From contig JTLS01000044.1 in NCBI GenBank assembly GCA_000826855.1, positions 1 to 38,106 of the forward strand: 38,106 nt of DNA. The letters run 5' to 3'. Below the pieces are notes generated by a model. That model was not told where the DNA came from and searched no databases. It saw only the letters and a program-made list of their open reading frames with translations. Origin of the DNA: Basidioascus undulatus. Its lineage: Eukaryota. Each line of letters starts with the position of its first letter. Position 1 is the stretch's first letter. Positions 12,027 through 24,608 of this stretch are shown here, piece by piece. The position numbers and the translations under genes are program-made.

Positions 12027-12691
12027 TTACTGGGCCCATTCACCCAATGTGGAGACTTCCACAGATCTCTTGGGCCCCCCCTCATCTACTCCCTCCGTCT
12101 CCAACAGCGGCATCATGTGCTCTACGGCCCACGTACACTCGTCAGGGACCGACGAAAGCAGCACACCGTAACGCAGCGCTTCGACCTGTGGGTGGAGTTC
12201 GACGAGCGAAGCGTGCACTCAACCATGTTCTTGAAAGTCTGGAGGTCGTTTATGTTGATGACCTCAAGGCGTCTGATCGAGTCCGGTAGGGCATGGATGT
12301 AGGCGGTTTTGCCGAGCGTGCAAGTGACTGTGAGGGTGTGCAGGACTGGTGTCACGAACGGCAATTGCAAGATAATAAGTCCAGCGTGGCTTTCGATCGG
12401 ACACTCGTGTGTGAGCGTGATTTCGGTGGTTGAGCCGAAAGGGGAGTGCTCGGATCGCTCATGCAGGTACTGGTGAAAGACCTGATCGTGGAAGAGCACT
12501 AGAGTTGTCTCATCTCGGATTACGATTGCTAAGTAGAGGCGATGTGTAGCGAGGGCGTGCCAGCTCTTGTTGACCCTCGATACCAAAGCAAGGCTCGTAG
12601 TTGGGAGGTATGATATGACTTCGTCTAGGAGCTCGGGGATGCGGTGCCAGATACGCGGTTGGAAAGGGGTTGGGCAGAGAGGCGAAGACAT
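12027..12691 (-). pseudogene. F-box-like protein gene, probably frameshifted near 12215
   Basis: ATG 12691. IWHRIPELLDEVISYLPTTSLALVSRVNKSWHALATHRLY, then LHTLTV and LPDSIRRLEV. Protein-like text appears to continue in another frame (LVELHPQVEALRYG). It could instead be an intact short CDS ending at 12122. Confidence 0.55.
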
Positions 12692-13020
12692 CGATTGAGA
12701 GTGGAGAACTCGATGGGGTTGAGACGAAAGTCGTTTGACCAAGCTGGGGTTTGCTTTTGGATATGCGGCTACGGCAAGCGTGCGTGAGGGATGGTTGCGG
12801 GTCACGACGGTACAGTGAAAAGGGGCCGTTGAGCGGGTTCAGATCGGCTTGGAGCACGGCTGGCACACTGCCGCCGCATGCGCTCGCCTGTCGAGAGTTT
12901 CTGAAAATCCGCACAGAGACTACGAAAGAACAAAGAGCGTCAAAATATTGAGGTGTTCAACACCCTCTACCAGACTGAAGAATTACGCATCGAGAAACTC
13001 TTGTTGCGATGTCACAGCCA

Positions 13021-15137
13021 TTAGTACAGGTCCCCGAGTGAAAGGTCTTCCAGCTCTGCCGATTCCTTCTTCTCTCCATCGCGTCCCGTCTTGCTCCTTC
13101 CCTCGTGTCCCGGCGGGGGTCCCCTCTTTGTTCTTGTCATCTTGCGATGCGCCCGACTGGCCTGATGCGCGTCCCACTCCTTCCCGACCTCGAGCAAGAC
13201 CGGGCGATGCGGGTTGACGGTGCATACGGGGCAGACGATCTTGCGCCGGAACTCGAGCGACGTTGCGGGACTGTAGCCACGGAAAAATGAGTCTCTTTAA
13301 TGGGAATCACACGGGATCCGCTCGCCACCCACTCAGGAACAGAGGAAGAGACGAGGAGGTCGGAGGCAGCAGTGGAAAGTGAGCGCGGGTCAGGAAGCGG
13401 TCGATCGGATAGGAAGTCTACGGGGTATATAGCGAAGAGAGTACTGTAAGATTAACGTCCTTAATTCAGAAGCGGGAGACGCAGGAGCGACTTACGGTTC
13501 AGTATCTGCTTGGCTGGGTCCAGAACGTTGGTCTGCCAGTTCTCGATATCTGAAAGACTGGCGCGTCAGAATGGAAGCGCCTGAACGCCGCAGAGTTACT
13601 GCACCCAGAAATACGCACCAGACGAATCAAGCATGAACAGGTCGACCGAGCCCGCATCCTCGTCCGACGTCGTCCGCGCCGCCTGCGCCTTGACTCGCTG
13701 AATAGCAGGTAGGATGTTGTTGCGGATCCACTTGACTTGGCGCTTGGCGTACTGACGCGTCGCGACCTTCATCGATTCAAGACCGGTGTTGAAGAGCTTC
13801 TGCGTTGCTGCCTCGTCCTGGTAGCCCGCGGCTGCGGATGCGTCCCGCGTGGTGAGATAAGGATCAAACTCCTTGTAGCCTGATGGCAAGAGTAAGTTAC
13901 GTTGAGAGACGTCTTGAGTGATAGTTACATTTTAAACGTACCTATGGCTTGGAAGATCCCCCGAGTGTAGTCTGTCGACGGCGTATCGGACCCGGCACCG
14001 TTGGCCGACGAGCGGCCGGCGCCACGAGCTGCGATCGCGCGCAGCTCCTCCAGCTCCTTGAGTAGCCCTCGCTATTTCACATCTCAAGTCAGATTGAAAG
14101 TTAACACAAGCCGGCCGCTCACCCAGGCACCCACCTCGAGCATCTTATCCACGCGCTTGTCGAGTCGCTCGGCCAGCACCTTCGGCTCGGAATACACCCA
14201 GAAGACGAGATTCCGAAAGCTGTTCGCAAGGTTCAGCTCATCTTGATCTCTGAGGTTTGGTACACGCAAGGAAAGTCTTACCGAACTTGCGGAGCCCCCG
14301 CTTCTGTGGCCGCGGCCTGCTCCTTCAAGATCTCGCTCCTTTTCTGCCCGGTCTCCCACATGATCTCCAAGCTCCTGCGGACCTTGCGCATGTCGCGCGG
14401 ATGCCAGCGCGCAGCCACGGGAGGGTCGAGCGCGGCGAGAAGCTCGTGCAGCCGGATGTCTAGTGGCTTCTCCGCTTTTGACGTCTCCGAAGACGGTGTG
14501 GGAGGACGGGGGCTTTCGTGCGGCAGCGTCGGAAGGGATAGGAAGAGTTCGCGCTGAGTGTCGTGGAGAGAGGAAATGAGAGGATCGAGATCCGGATGCG
14601 GAGCGGGTGAGAGGCGCTTCTCGCCGTCCTTGTCGGCGTCGGCAGTTGCGACGAGGCGGTCGGGGAAGAGGAGATGTTGGAGGTAGTAGTGGGTGCCGCC
14701 GACGAGGACAGGCAGGGCAGAGCGAGCGGAGAGCTCCTGTACCTGAAAACCCATCCCGGATGAGTATACGGTGAAAAAGTTGACTGCGATGCGGCGCGGC
14801 GGACAAGTGAAGTGGCGTCCTTCTGGAACTGCGGAATGGAGTACTCTCGGCCGGGCTCGAGAAACGACATGAGGTGATGCGGGACACCCTTGCGCTCGGG
14901 CACGGTGACTTTATTCGTGATGGTATCGAGTCCAGCGTAGACTTGCATCGAATCGGCGTTGATGATCTCGCCTGGCGGCGTGCCCGCGGCGAGGGCGAGC
15001 TCGACTGCAAGATCGCTCTTGCCCGTCGCAGTCGAGCCTATCACGGTTACGACTTTCGGATGGCCCGCGGCCATTGTTAGTTTGGGAGCACGAGAGAGAG
15101 CTGGGGTTAGTGTGCGTAACACGAGTGAACAGCGCAT
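13021..15137 (-). CDS. MOD5: tRNA dimethylallyltransferase (IPP transferase; Mod5/Tit1/TRIT1), multi-exon
   Basis: P-loop VIGSTATGKSDLA, EIINADSMQVYAGLDTITNK, VPHHLM, PVLVGGTHYY, WHPRDMRKVRRSLE, RLDKRVDKML, GIFQAIGYKEF, TRQYAKRQVKWIRN, and a C-terminal Zn finger CPVC...H.....H. TAA at 13023-13021; in-frame ATGs at 15137 and 15074. Confidence 0.95.
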
Positions 15138-15438
15138 ATGCGCTCGCTGCGAGGACGGCACACGGAAGGCAAGAAGGCGCACTCGCGAAGTGCCTTCAAC
15201 TTCTCCTGGGAAATGCTCACGTAACCGAGAAGACAGGTAAAATGAGAATGCGAGCGACCAAAAAGCGCAGCTTCTAAAGCCTCAAAGAAACGTGATGCGA
15301 GGGATACATGGGAATATTGCGGATGCACTGGAGATGCCAAGACGGCGAGAGGGAGAATAAGAGGTCCGCAAGGCGGACGTGGTATCGAGAAGAGTACAGC
15401 GGTCCTGATCACGAGCAAAATGTGCCAGATTACATCGA

Positions 15439-18400
15439 CTACGCAGCAAGCGCGGCGACCCGGCGCAGTTGGGGGACGTTGACCGTGCCGGGCAGGTACA
15501 GGTCGAGACCGGCGATCTGGCGGAGCCGGGCAAGTCAGCGACAAGAAGCTAACCAGACGATCCCAGCTGGACTCTTACCGGACGAGGTTGCGGGATCTCG
15601 AAGTTGGAGCCATCCTCGTGCTGCACAAGTGAAGCTCGTGAGTTCACTGCGTGGAAAGTGGACTGGCGAGATAGCTCACCTCTGGCAGCAGGAGATGGTC
15701 GTTTCGGTCGCCCGACACGCGCGCAGACACCGTCTGCAGAATGTGCGGCGAAAGCGGACTCTCGTAGTCTGCGCACAGTGAAGCGTCAGCGACAGCGATT
15801 AGAAAGGGTATGGCGAGGCAAGCACGCGAGGGACGCACCCGCAATCATATAGCCCGTGATGAGCTTGTGCAGCTGCGACGGCGAGAGGATCCAGCAGACG
15901 TCGAAGCTGTAGACACGGGTTGTCAGCGTCTCCAATCGATACCTATGAGCAGCTCAAGGAAACCCACATGATGTCCATGTCCGCTTGCGTAGCCTGACAG
16001 AATCAGTGTGAGCTCGAACGTTCGTGCGGCAGAACGAAGGACATGAACGCACCTTCTTGAGCTGGAGCAGCTTCGTAGCCTGCATGATGTACTCGAGGTG
16101 GAGGCAGCCCTCGGGCATGTCGTGCGACTTGCACCACTCCTCGATACGCGTGAGGTTGTACTGGATTTGCATCGCTGAAAGAACCCACGGTGCATCAGCA
16201 ACAGCGCGCCGAGCCACGCGAGCGGGGGAACACGCACCGCGCTTCCACGAGTTGAAGTTGCGGCGCATGAGCAAGTCGTTGAAGCCGACGTTGCCGATGA
16301 GGCGGAGGAGCTCGGTCATGACCTGCTGGACGACGGTCTCCTCGACGCGGTACGACTTGAGGCTCTTCCAGACCTTGTTGAGGAGGTTGAGGATGTCGTC
16401 CATGCTGAACGCCGGCGTCGAGTTGCCCTGCAGGAGCCGGTTGAAGAGCCGCCCGCCGCCGTCGGCCGTGATGAAGCCGGGGAGGGACTGGCTCTCGATG
16501 AGCGCGGGCACGATCATCTTGCGCAGCTTCTTCTTCGTCTCCTCCATGAATGAGAAGTAGATGTTGAACCTGCGACATGAGTACATAAGTCAGCCGTTCT
16601 TCACTCCAGTAGAAGGCGGACGGGACGCACTCGAGACTCTCGAGGTCATGCTTGACTACACCGATAAGGTGTTCGTACGCGGGCCAGTCCATCGGCCGGT
16701 CCGGATCGTCGCCGCCGGGCACGATGCCCTGCAGCATGTCGTCCTCGGTGACGCAGACGAACGACCAGATCTCGTGGACGTTCGAGAGCCAGAACAAGCC
16801 GGGGACGATCGCGTCTTCGCCCGTGTGGCTCTGCGCGCAGGCAAAAGGGTTCAAATTAGCACGAGAAGAATCCGAATGAGTATTCGAATGGGAAAGGAAC
16901 ACACCATGACGTGCTGCTGGATGGTCTGCATGACGTTGGCGAGGAAGCGCTCGCTCTCGCCGATCATCGAGTACTTCCACATCTCGTTCGTGACGAGGGA
17001 GATGATGTGCGCGGGGAAGAGAACCTCCTTGGACGACGGCGGGTTCTGCAGGCTGGGCGAAGGGAACTTGAGGTTGCGGATGAGGCTGCCGAGCACGTCC
17101 TCGTCGAGCCGGACCTCGTCCTCGAGCAGCTTGACCATCTCCTCCGCGGGGTCGTCGTACACCTCGGGAAGGTACGCGCGCCCGTTGACGCCCTTGAGGC
17201 GGTTGTTCATGTCGGACGGGTACGCGACCGAGACGGCGCGCGGGACGGCCTCGCTCCGCTTGCCCGCGAAGAGGCGCTCGTCCGTCGAGTCGCGCACGCC
17301 GTTCGTCTGCTCCGCAAACATCCCCGCGGAGCTGTGTCGGCGCGGCCGGCGCTTAGACGCGGGAAGCGCGAGCGCCTGCGGCTGGTCGGCGGTGATGCCG
17401 TTGTTGCGGCCGAGGTGCATGCTGAACGTGGGCGACGGCGGGGCCTGCGCGCGCGAGTTGTTGCGCTCGAGCGCGTTGAGCGCGTTCGCCCGGTTGAGCT
17501 GGTCCCGCAGCGACGCGATCTCGGTGCGCAGGCGCGTCATCGTCCCCTCGTCCGCGGCCTTCGACACGGCCTCCGCGACCGCGGCCGCCTTCTCGTCGAC
17601 CTCCTTGGACTTGCGCGCGAGGTCGTCGGCGAGCTTGGCGATCTGGCTGTCCTGCTCCGAGATCTTGCGGATTGACTCCTCGAGGCGCTGGTCCGACTCG
17701 CGCTTGCTCTCCTCGAGCGCGGTGAACTGCGGGAGCGGAACGGTCGGCTTGGCAAGCTCCGCCTGGAGGTCGCGGATCTTGCCGTCCGCCTCCTCGTGCT
17801 TGGTCTGCCACGCCGCGAGCTGCTTCTCAAGCGCGGCGACCCGGCCCTGGGCCTCCTTCCTCTCCGCCGTGCGCCTTTGCAGGTCCTGCGTGAGCTGGAC
17901 GACCTTGTTCTCGAGCTTGTACGAGACCTCCTTGAAGTGGTTCACCGACCGCGCCTCGGTCCGCAACGTCTTGAGCTCCTTGCGCGCCAGGCGCCGACGG
18001 TAGCACGCCTGCAGGTGGATGACGCCCTTGACGTTTGCGCGGTACGCGCTGCGAGCGAGACTAAAATGAGATGGAACGTTAGCGTGACGAACCGGCTGTG
18101 AGATAAAGACGCCCGCTAACGCACGCTCCGCGGATGTAGCTCTGGATCTTGACGGCCGACGCGCGGTACTTGAACTCGGCGAACGCAAGCCTTGCCTGCC
18201 GGCCACGAACCTCTGCAGCACAAACACGCCTCATGTCAGCCCTCTTCCCGCTTTCAATCCCTCCTACAAAACATCCCACGCACGGCTCTGAATCGCGACG
18301 ACGGCGCGGCGGGTGTCGAGGAACTGGTGGCGGACGACCCAGCGCCTGGCGGCGGTCTGGACCTTGAGCGCGGCGGCGTGCCTGCGCAAGTCCTCGACGA

Positions 18401-21400
18401 CGCGCCTGGCGAGGACGGCGCGCCACCAGGTCTGGATGCGGATGGACGCGGCGCGGAGGAGGCGGTAGCGCTTCTGCTGGACGTAGCGCGAGATGTTCTT
18501 CTGGATGAGGGTGACGAGGCTGTTGAGCCGGTCAGAGCGCAGCTTCTCGAGGAACGCGAGCATCCCCGCGCGGAAGAAGATCTTGGTCAGCCCGATCTGG
18601 TACTTGTCCACGTCGGTGATCGTCGCCTCGAGAATGCGCGTGCAGAGCTCGCGCAGGTCGCCCGCCCAGTGCTCCGAGCCGACGAGGAGGTAGTAGCTAT
18701 TCCACACCCCCATGAATCTGCATCAGCATCGAACCATCTGACTTTTCCATTCCGACAAGCTCGAACGCACCGCTCGGTGAACTCGGCGAACGTCCAGCGG
18801 GACGGGTAGCCCGCACACGAGATGCGGATTGTCTCGAGGACACCGCACGCGCGGAGCTGGCCGAGGACCTGCTGGGGCTCGAACTCCCACGCGCGCTTGG
18901 CCTCGTTGGGCTTGATGCAGCGGATGTAGTGTGCCTGCGCGTCCACCCCAACCCTTCAAGTCAGCTGTGCACTCTCCCAGAAAAGACAGAGAGAAAAAGC
19001 AAGACGTCTGACGCACGTTAGTGTCGTTAATAGTCGTCATAAGGTCGATAAGCGAGCTCTTGAAGATCGAGCCGAGCGTCGGCTTCTTCGCGACTGCGCG
19101 TCGCCCGGGGGCGCCCGCGGTCGTCGCGGGCTTCTCGGGGGTGGCGTTGACGGCGACAGCGCGGTCGATGACCTCGCGGAGGAAGTCGTTGGTGGAGTTG
19201 CCGAGCAAGGCGAGGTGCTCATCGGGGACGGTGTCGCGGTTCTTCTCGAGGAAGCCCTCGGCCTCGTACGTGACGTCGAGGGCGTAGTGCGCGACGGTGA
19301 AAGCGGTGTTGCCGAAGCGGGGCTTCTTGAAGATGTCCTTGTATTCGGGCTTGCCGAGCGTGTTGTGCAGCTTCTGGAGGAAGGACGAGTCCGCGCCCGA
19401 GGGCAGGCGCGACTCTTCGTCGAGGAGCGAGAGGATGCCGAGCTTGCCCTCGATCATGTCGATTGTCGGCCGGTTGTCTGCCACCCGACGCAGGGGCTTC
19501 AGTTGCCGAGCTTCTAACAGACAGGGCTGTGTTTAGACTCGTACCGCTGAACTTGATAAATGTCCACTCGATCGCCTCCGCGACGTACTCGTCCTGCTCG
19601 AGCTTGAACCTGCGCTCATTCAACCCCCAGTCAGTACTGAGACTCGCCCACCTTTCTTCCGGACGTACACATGCGCGTTGAACTGCGAGAACACGGGGGA
19701 GATGTCACAAAGCGTTTGGGGTGCGGGCGGAGTGAAAGTGCGAAGAAAGGCGACGCACCTCCTGCTGCAGCTTCTCGTTCGCGTAGTTGATGCAGAACTG
19801 CTCGAACGAGTTCTTCTCTGCTCGTCCCCACCGCATCAGCAATGGCCTTCCCCAGTCCTTCCTCGCCACTCCCGAAGCAAGCCAACGCACTGAAGTGCTC
19901 GAACCTATCCTTCCCAATGTCCATCAGCCGCGCGCTCTGGAAAGCAGAAAACGGAGAGGGGGGAGGGGTGAGGCACCCGTAGATATCCAGCACGCCAATA
20001 AAGCTCTTGTAGCTCTCCCGAACCTCGTCCTTGAGCAGCCCCTCATTCAACACCGCCACCAACCAGTCGAACAGCCCGGCGTAAATCCACTTCGCCACGC
20101 TGTCCCTCACGACCCCCGCCTGCGCGGCGTTTAAGCTCGAGACGATCTTCTCGCTCCTCGTAGTAATCTGCTTCTTGACCGTCCACTTCTTAAACTCAGC
20201 TGGCGGGATACCGAGGAACCTGCACGCGAGGACGAGCGAGGGCTCGTCGTCGGCGAGGACGGCGTCCGTGCGCGTCTGCCCGATCTGGATGTTTCCTAGA
20301 TGGAGGAGGGCCGCGAGGAGCTTGAAGATGTGCCACTGCCGTTCAACAGTGATCCCCAGCGTGGAGAGCGCCCGGCATGTCGCGGCGAACTCGTCGGCGT
20401 CGTCAACGTCCTTGATTGTGGGCGTGCCGCCTTGGGCGAGGTAGTAGAACTGCCCCCAAGTGCCAGTGTGTTTAGTTTGGGCGGGGTTGAGGGGGAGGAG
20501 ATGGGGAAGGAAAGTAAGGGAGGGAGGGAGGGAGGGGAAGACGCACCTCGGTCGAATCCGCCAGCCCCAACTCGGCACGCTCCTTCGGCGGCGCGCCCGC
20601 GCAGAGCTGGTAAAAGATGTGGTAGTTGCGCTCCGTCTCGGGCTGGTAGATGAGCCGCGACCGCTCAAGGAGGTAGATCCGGATCTTGGCGCCGATGATC
20701 GCCTGGTCCTTGTCGAAGAGGATCTATCCCCCTCCCGCCCGAGTTGAGAAACTGGAAGAGTGCGAAGAACGGGGAGGGGGACAGGGAGCGGACGCACCTC
20801 GAGGTACTTGCCGAAGCGGGACGAGTTGTCGTTGCGGGTCGTCTTGGCATTCCCGAAGCCCTCAAGAATCGGGTTGGCTGTCCAGGCCCCACCCCATCAG
20901 CTCTCATCCCCTCCTCCTCCCACCTCCCGAGACTCACTAGCCAAGATCTGCGTCTCCGTCTCCGTCATGCCGCTCGCCTCCTTGCCCCTCCTCCTGGGCG
21001 CACGGCTCGGGTCCTCGACCGTCGCAAAGTAGCGCATGATGTGCCGCGCGCTGACGGTTTTCCCCGCGCCCGACTCGCCAGAGACGACGATCGTCTGGTT
21101 GCGGTTGTCGCGCACCATCGCGCTGTACGCGTCCTGCGCGATCGCGAAGAGATGGGGCTCGAGCTCGCCCCGCCGCCGCGTGCTGTACGCCTGAATAATC
21201 TCGGTCCCGTAGAGGGAGAGCTTCGCGAAGGGGTTCATGGCGATGAGGACCTGGGTGTCGCGTCATTAGCACCTTCTCAATACCTGCTTGCGTGAACTTG
21301 GGACATACAATGCCAGAGTAGGTGTAGATCGAGTGCTGCGCATAGCGGTTCCGGATCGAGTAGAGCACTGGGAGGGGGAGGGTGAGCGGAGTGGACGATG

Positions 21401-21812
21401 GGGTTAGAGGGAAGGGAGACCCACCAGCGGGCTCGTTGAGGTAAGAGAGGTTCGTAAGGTCGTCAGTGCCCTCGAGGAGGGGCGGGTTGCGCAGCGGCGG
21501 GAGCTCGCTCTCTGCCGAGCCCGCCTTGGCCGCGGTCGTGGTGATCGTGATTTCCTGCCCCCCCAAAGACCTCGCTCAGTCTCCCAGAACGATCTGGAAG
21601 GGGGGAGAAGACGAACCTTGTGTCTATCATCTACAAACGTCAAGACTAGGTCGTCGCCCTGCTCCTGCCGCGACGTGACCTCCGCGCCGATCCAGCCCTC
21701 GTCCTTGTCCGGGAACCAGCTGGCCACGGACCCCACCCCGATCAGCTGAGTGTCCACATTGACCAGCGTAGATGCACGCATACACTCGGGTCCCCAATTG
21801 GTATTCGGACAT
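15439..21812 (-). CDS. MYO2: Class V myosin heavy chain (about 24 introns)
   Basis: [21 protein letters not shown]-loop, [72 protein letters not shown] repeats, coiled coil, and a Dilute/globular tail ([31 protein letters not shown]). ATG 21812, TAG 15441-15439. Confidence 0.97.
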
Positions 21813-22256
21813 GGTGGTGGTGGGAAGGGCGGAGGCAAAGAGGGTGCTGCTGTGGCTGGGCGAAGGGAGAAGGCGGTGCGGTGGGCTGAGCTGGCTATAT
21901 GCGCTCTGCCCGGTGGCGGGATGTAAATGTACAAGGAATCGAATTCAAGGGTCGGAAAGAACGAGAAAGCGTAAAGGGTAAAAGGTGCGTTTGGGGAGGC
22001 GGAGGAGGTGGTGATGGACGGGACAGAACCCGGTTGCTGGCGGCGGCGGCGGCGACCGTGCGCGTTCGTTGAAACACTTTGGCACTTTCACGCAATTCAG
22101 CTGTCACGCCGCTGACGCTGTGTGCCACGAGTGTGCCTTCCTCGCAGCAAGCATCGTGTCCATGCTCATCAACTACGCATCAACATCAACACTATCCTCA
22201 TGAAACAGCATTCATAATTCCCACCCTATCTTCACTCAAATCGCAGCCAATCGACG
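21813..22256. promoter_or_regulatory. Putative bidirectional promoter shared by MYO2 and COG4
   Basis: Only 444 bp separates the two divergent ATGs. No specific element was identified. Confidence 0.45.
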
Positions 22257-23522
22257 ATGACCTCCCCAGCCCCCTCCGTCCGGACCCTCACCACCCCCTC
22301 CTCGCTCCCCTCCGCGCTGTCCGCCCTCCAAGCGCAAGAGAACGCGCTCGACGCCTCCCTCGCGTCCCTCATCGCCGACCGCACCCCGCTCCAACACTTC
22401 CTCGACAGACTCGCCTCCCTCGCGCCCTCTATCCGCCAACTCGAACGCGACCTCGCAGCCGTCGACGGCGCGCTCGCGGGCACGGCGAGGACGGCGCTCG
22501 AGATCAGCGGCAAGGTCCGCTTGCTTGATGAGGAGAGTGGGAGAGTGAGAGAGGCGCTGGAGATGGTCCGTATGGTGCAGGTGCTCAAGGTAAGTGAGTG
22601 TCGGGGAGAGGAGGAGGACGAGGGAAGGGGAGTTGGCTGATGGAAGACGCTGGGACGGGACAGAACTCGCTCCTTGCCCTTCGAGCGGCTATCGACCAGC
22701 GCGACTGGGAGGCCGCCACCCGACACGCACACCGCGCAATGTCCATCGACCCCGCACTTGCAAACTCCAAATTCGCAGACGTGGCGGTCGTGCGTCTTTC
22801 AGATCCCATCCCCACCTCTGCTCCCCCTCCTTCCCTCCCCCCGTCCCTTACTTCTCCTTCCCTTCCCCCGTCCCTTCCTTCTTCTTCCTTCCCTTTGCTC
22901 TCCCCTTTCCGTATGCTTTCTTTTATTCCAGTAATACTGATATTTTTTTTACCCCCCACCAGCCCACCTCCGACCTCCCCGACCCTCCCAGCAAAACGCT
23001 CTCCGACTTCCGCTCCCACCTCCTCTCCGTCTTCACGCGCGAGTTCTCGCGCGCCGCGCTGGCGCACTCCTCGGCCGACATCTCGCGCTTCTTCAAGCTC
23101 TTCCCGATGATCGGCGCGCACGCGGAGGGGGTGCGCGCGTACGCGGACTTCGTGTGCGGGCTCGTCGCGCAGCGGACCAAGGGCAACCTGAGCAAGAAGG
23201 CGTCGAGCCCAACCTTCTACGCTACGCTTCTCACGGCCCTGTTTGAGAATATCGCGATCATCGTGGACCAACACCAGCCGGTCGTGGATAAGTACTATGG
23301 AGGGGAACATATGCTCCAGGTCGCGAGGTACCTCCAGGAGGAGTGCGATAGGCAAGCGGGCGTCATCCTGTCTACGTGGCTTGAGGAACGCCGCGTCCAT
23401 CGAAAGGTACCTCTTCTTCCCCTTTCCCCTTTCCCTTTCTCCTTTCCTCTTCCTCCCCCTCTTCCCTGCCTCCTCTCGCCCTTTCTGACCCCCCTCCCAC
23501 TGTCCAGTGCAGCCAGGTCTGA
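22257..23522 (+). CDS. COG4: Conserved oligomeric Golgi complex subunit 4, N-terminal part only (truncated)
   Basis: Exons 22257-22589, 22664-22789, 22963-23406 (301 codons, no stops): ISGKVRLLDEESGRVREAL, DWEAATRH, ISRFFKLFPMIG, YADFV, LTALFENIAIIVDQHQPVVDKYYG, LQEECDRQAGVIL. The next intron (23407-23507) leads into CSQV* (TGA 23520-23522). No further COG4-like exons were seen. Confidence 0.85.
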
Positions 23523-24608
23523 GCGACCGAAACTCTCTCTTGCGATCGTACACAGGCTTACACAAAGTCGCTATTGATCAGAAACCTTACCCACTTCACA
23601 TCGGTCCCGCGTACTCAACATCCTCAACATTAGAACAGTCCCACTCCCTGCACTCAACAGAGCAAGCCCAACAGACGGACGGTCTCCCGTTCGCAGATCC
23701 CTCCTTGCCTCTCAGCACGCCCGCGCGCGACTCTCGAGAACAGGAATTCAAGGGCACTGAAAATTCATGTCTGGTACTGTTCAATTTTATCCGATTCTTC
23801 GAAGTCGGCCTATTTCAAATAGTGTTTGATGAGCGAGATTCGAACCCCCAATGGGCGCGCACAGCCGGGGCTCGCCTACAGCCCCTCAACACGTCTGTCC
23901 CTTCCCTGTGTTTCCTTCATCCGTAGTCCCTATGACCTCTACATATTGCCAAGCGCCACAGCGGTATCGGGCATGAAATTAACAGATTAACCCAAACAAA
24001 GAAAAGGTTTAGGTGCGGAAGTGTGAAGATGACTTTTCATTTTCTTTTCTTACACGGCGCCCTTAAACGCCCTTTGTGAATGTTACCACTAGAAGAGCCG
24101 GATCGCCTCTAAAATTTTCGTCTGCTGTACACTACATTTCGATAGCACACATCAGTAATGAGCCATTTCCGTCTGGGTGGTTGTTATCGCCATTTCCCAC
24201 TTATTTTTGCTCGCATTACTCCACTTGTCCTGGTGGCCGGCCCGCTCCCCGCTGAGCGAGAGGATTTTGTGCGGCCTTTCCCAACCCACCGGAGGGCTAA
24301 CTGTAACAGAGAACTTGCAGTGCGATGTCCGCAATTATGTAAAGGTCCGTGTGTAGTTCTCGACTGGTCGGGAGGGAGAGGAGCGGCAAAGCGGTGATGA
24401 GTGATGTATACATGCACATCTAAAGCCAAGGAACTCTGAAATTTATTTTTTCTTTGCAGTGACGTGGCATTGGTGAGGACTCCGAGTCCGCCACATGCAT
24501 GATGGATGGATGCAACTGTCAGCACTGAATCCGCCGTTGCCTTCGCGACCTTCGTCTTCGTATGTGAAACGTGTTCTATTCTTCTCCTACAGTACAATAC
24601 TCCAACAG

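Noticed and set aside
16561..18003. 480-aa plus-strand ORF and other long ORFs antisense to MYO2, DDB1 and COG4
   Set aside because: These are the expected shadows of GC-rich, codon-biased exons. They are Ser/Arg-rich and show no domain.
23820..23925. Intact tRNA gene
   Set aside because: The T-stem is mismatched, there is no D-arm or A-box, and the acceptor stem is poor.
24395..24439. C/D box snoRNA (TGATGA...CTGA)
   Set aside because: The boxes span only about 45 nt, with no terminal stem and no recognisable rRNA guide.
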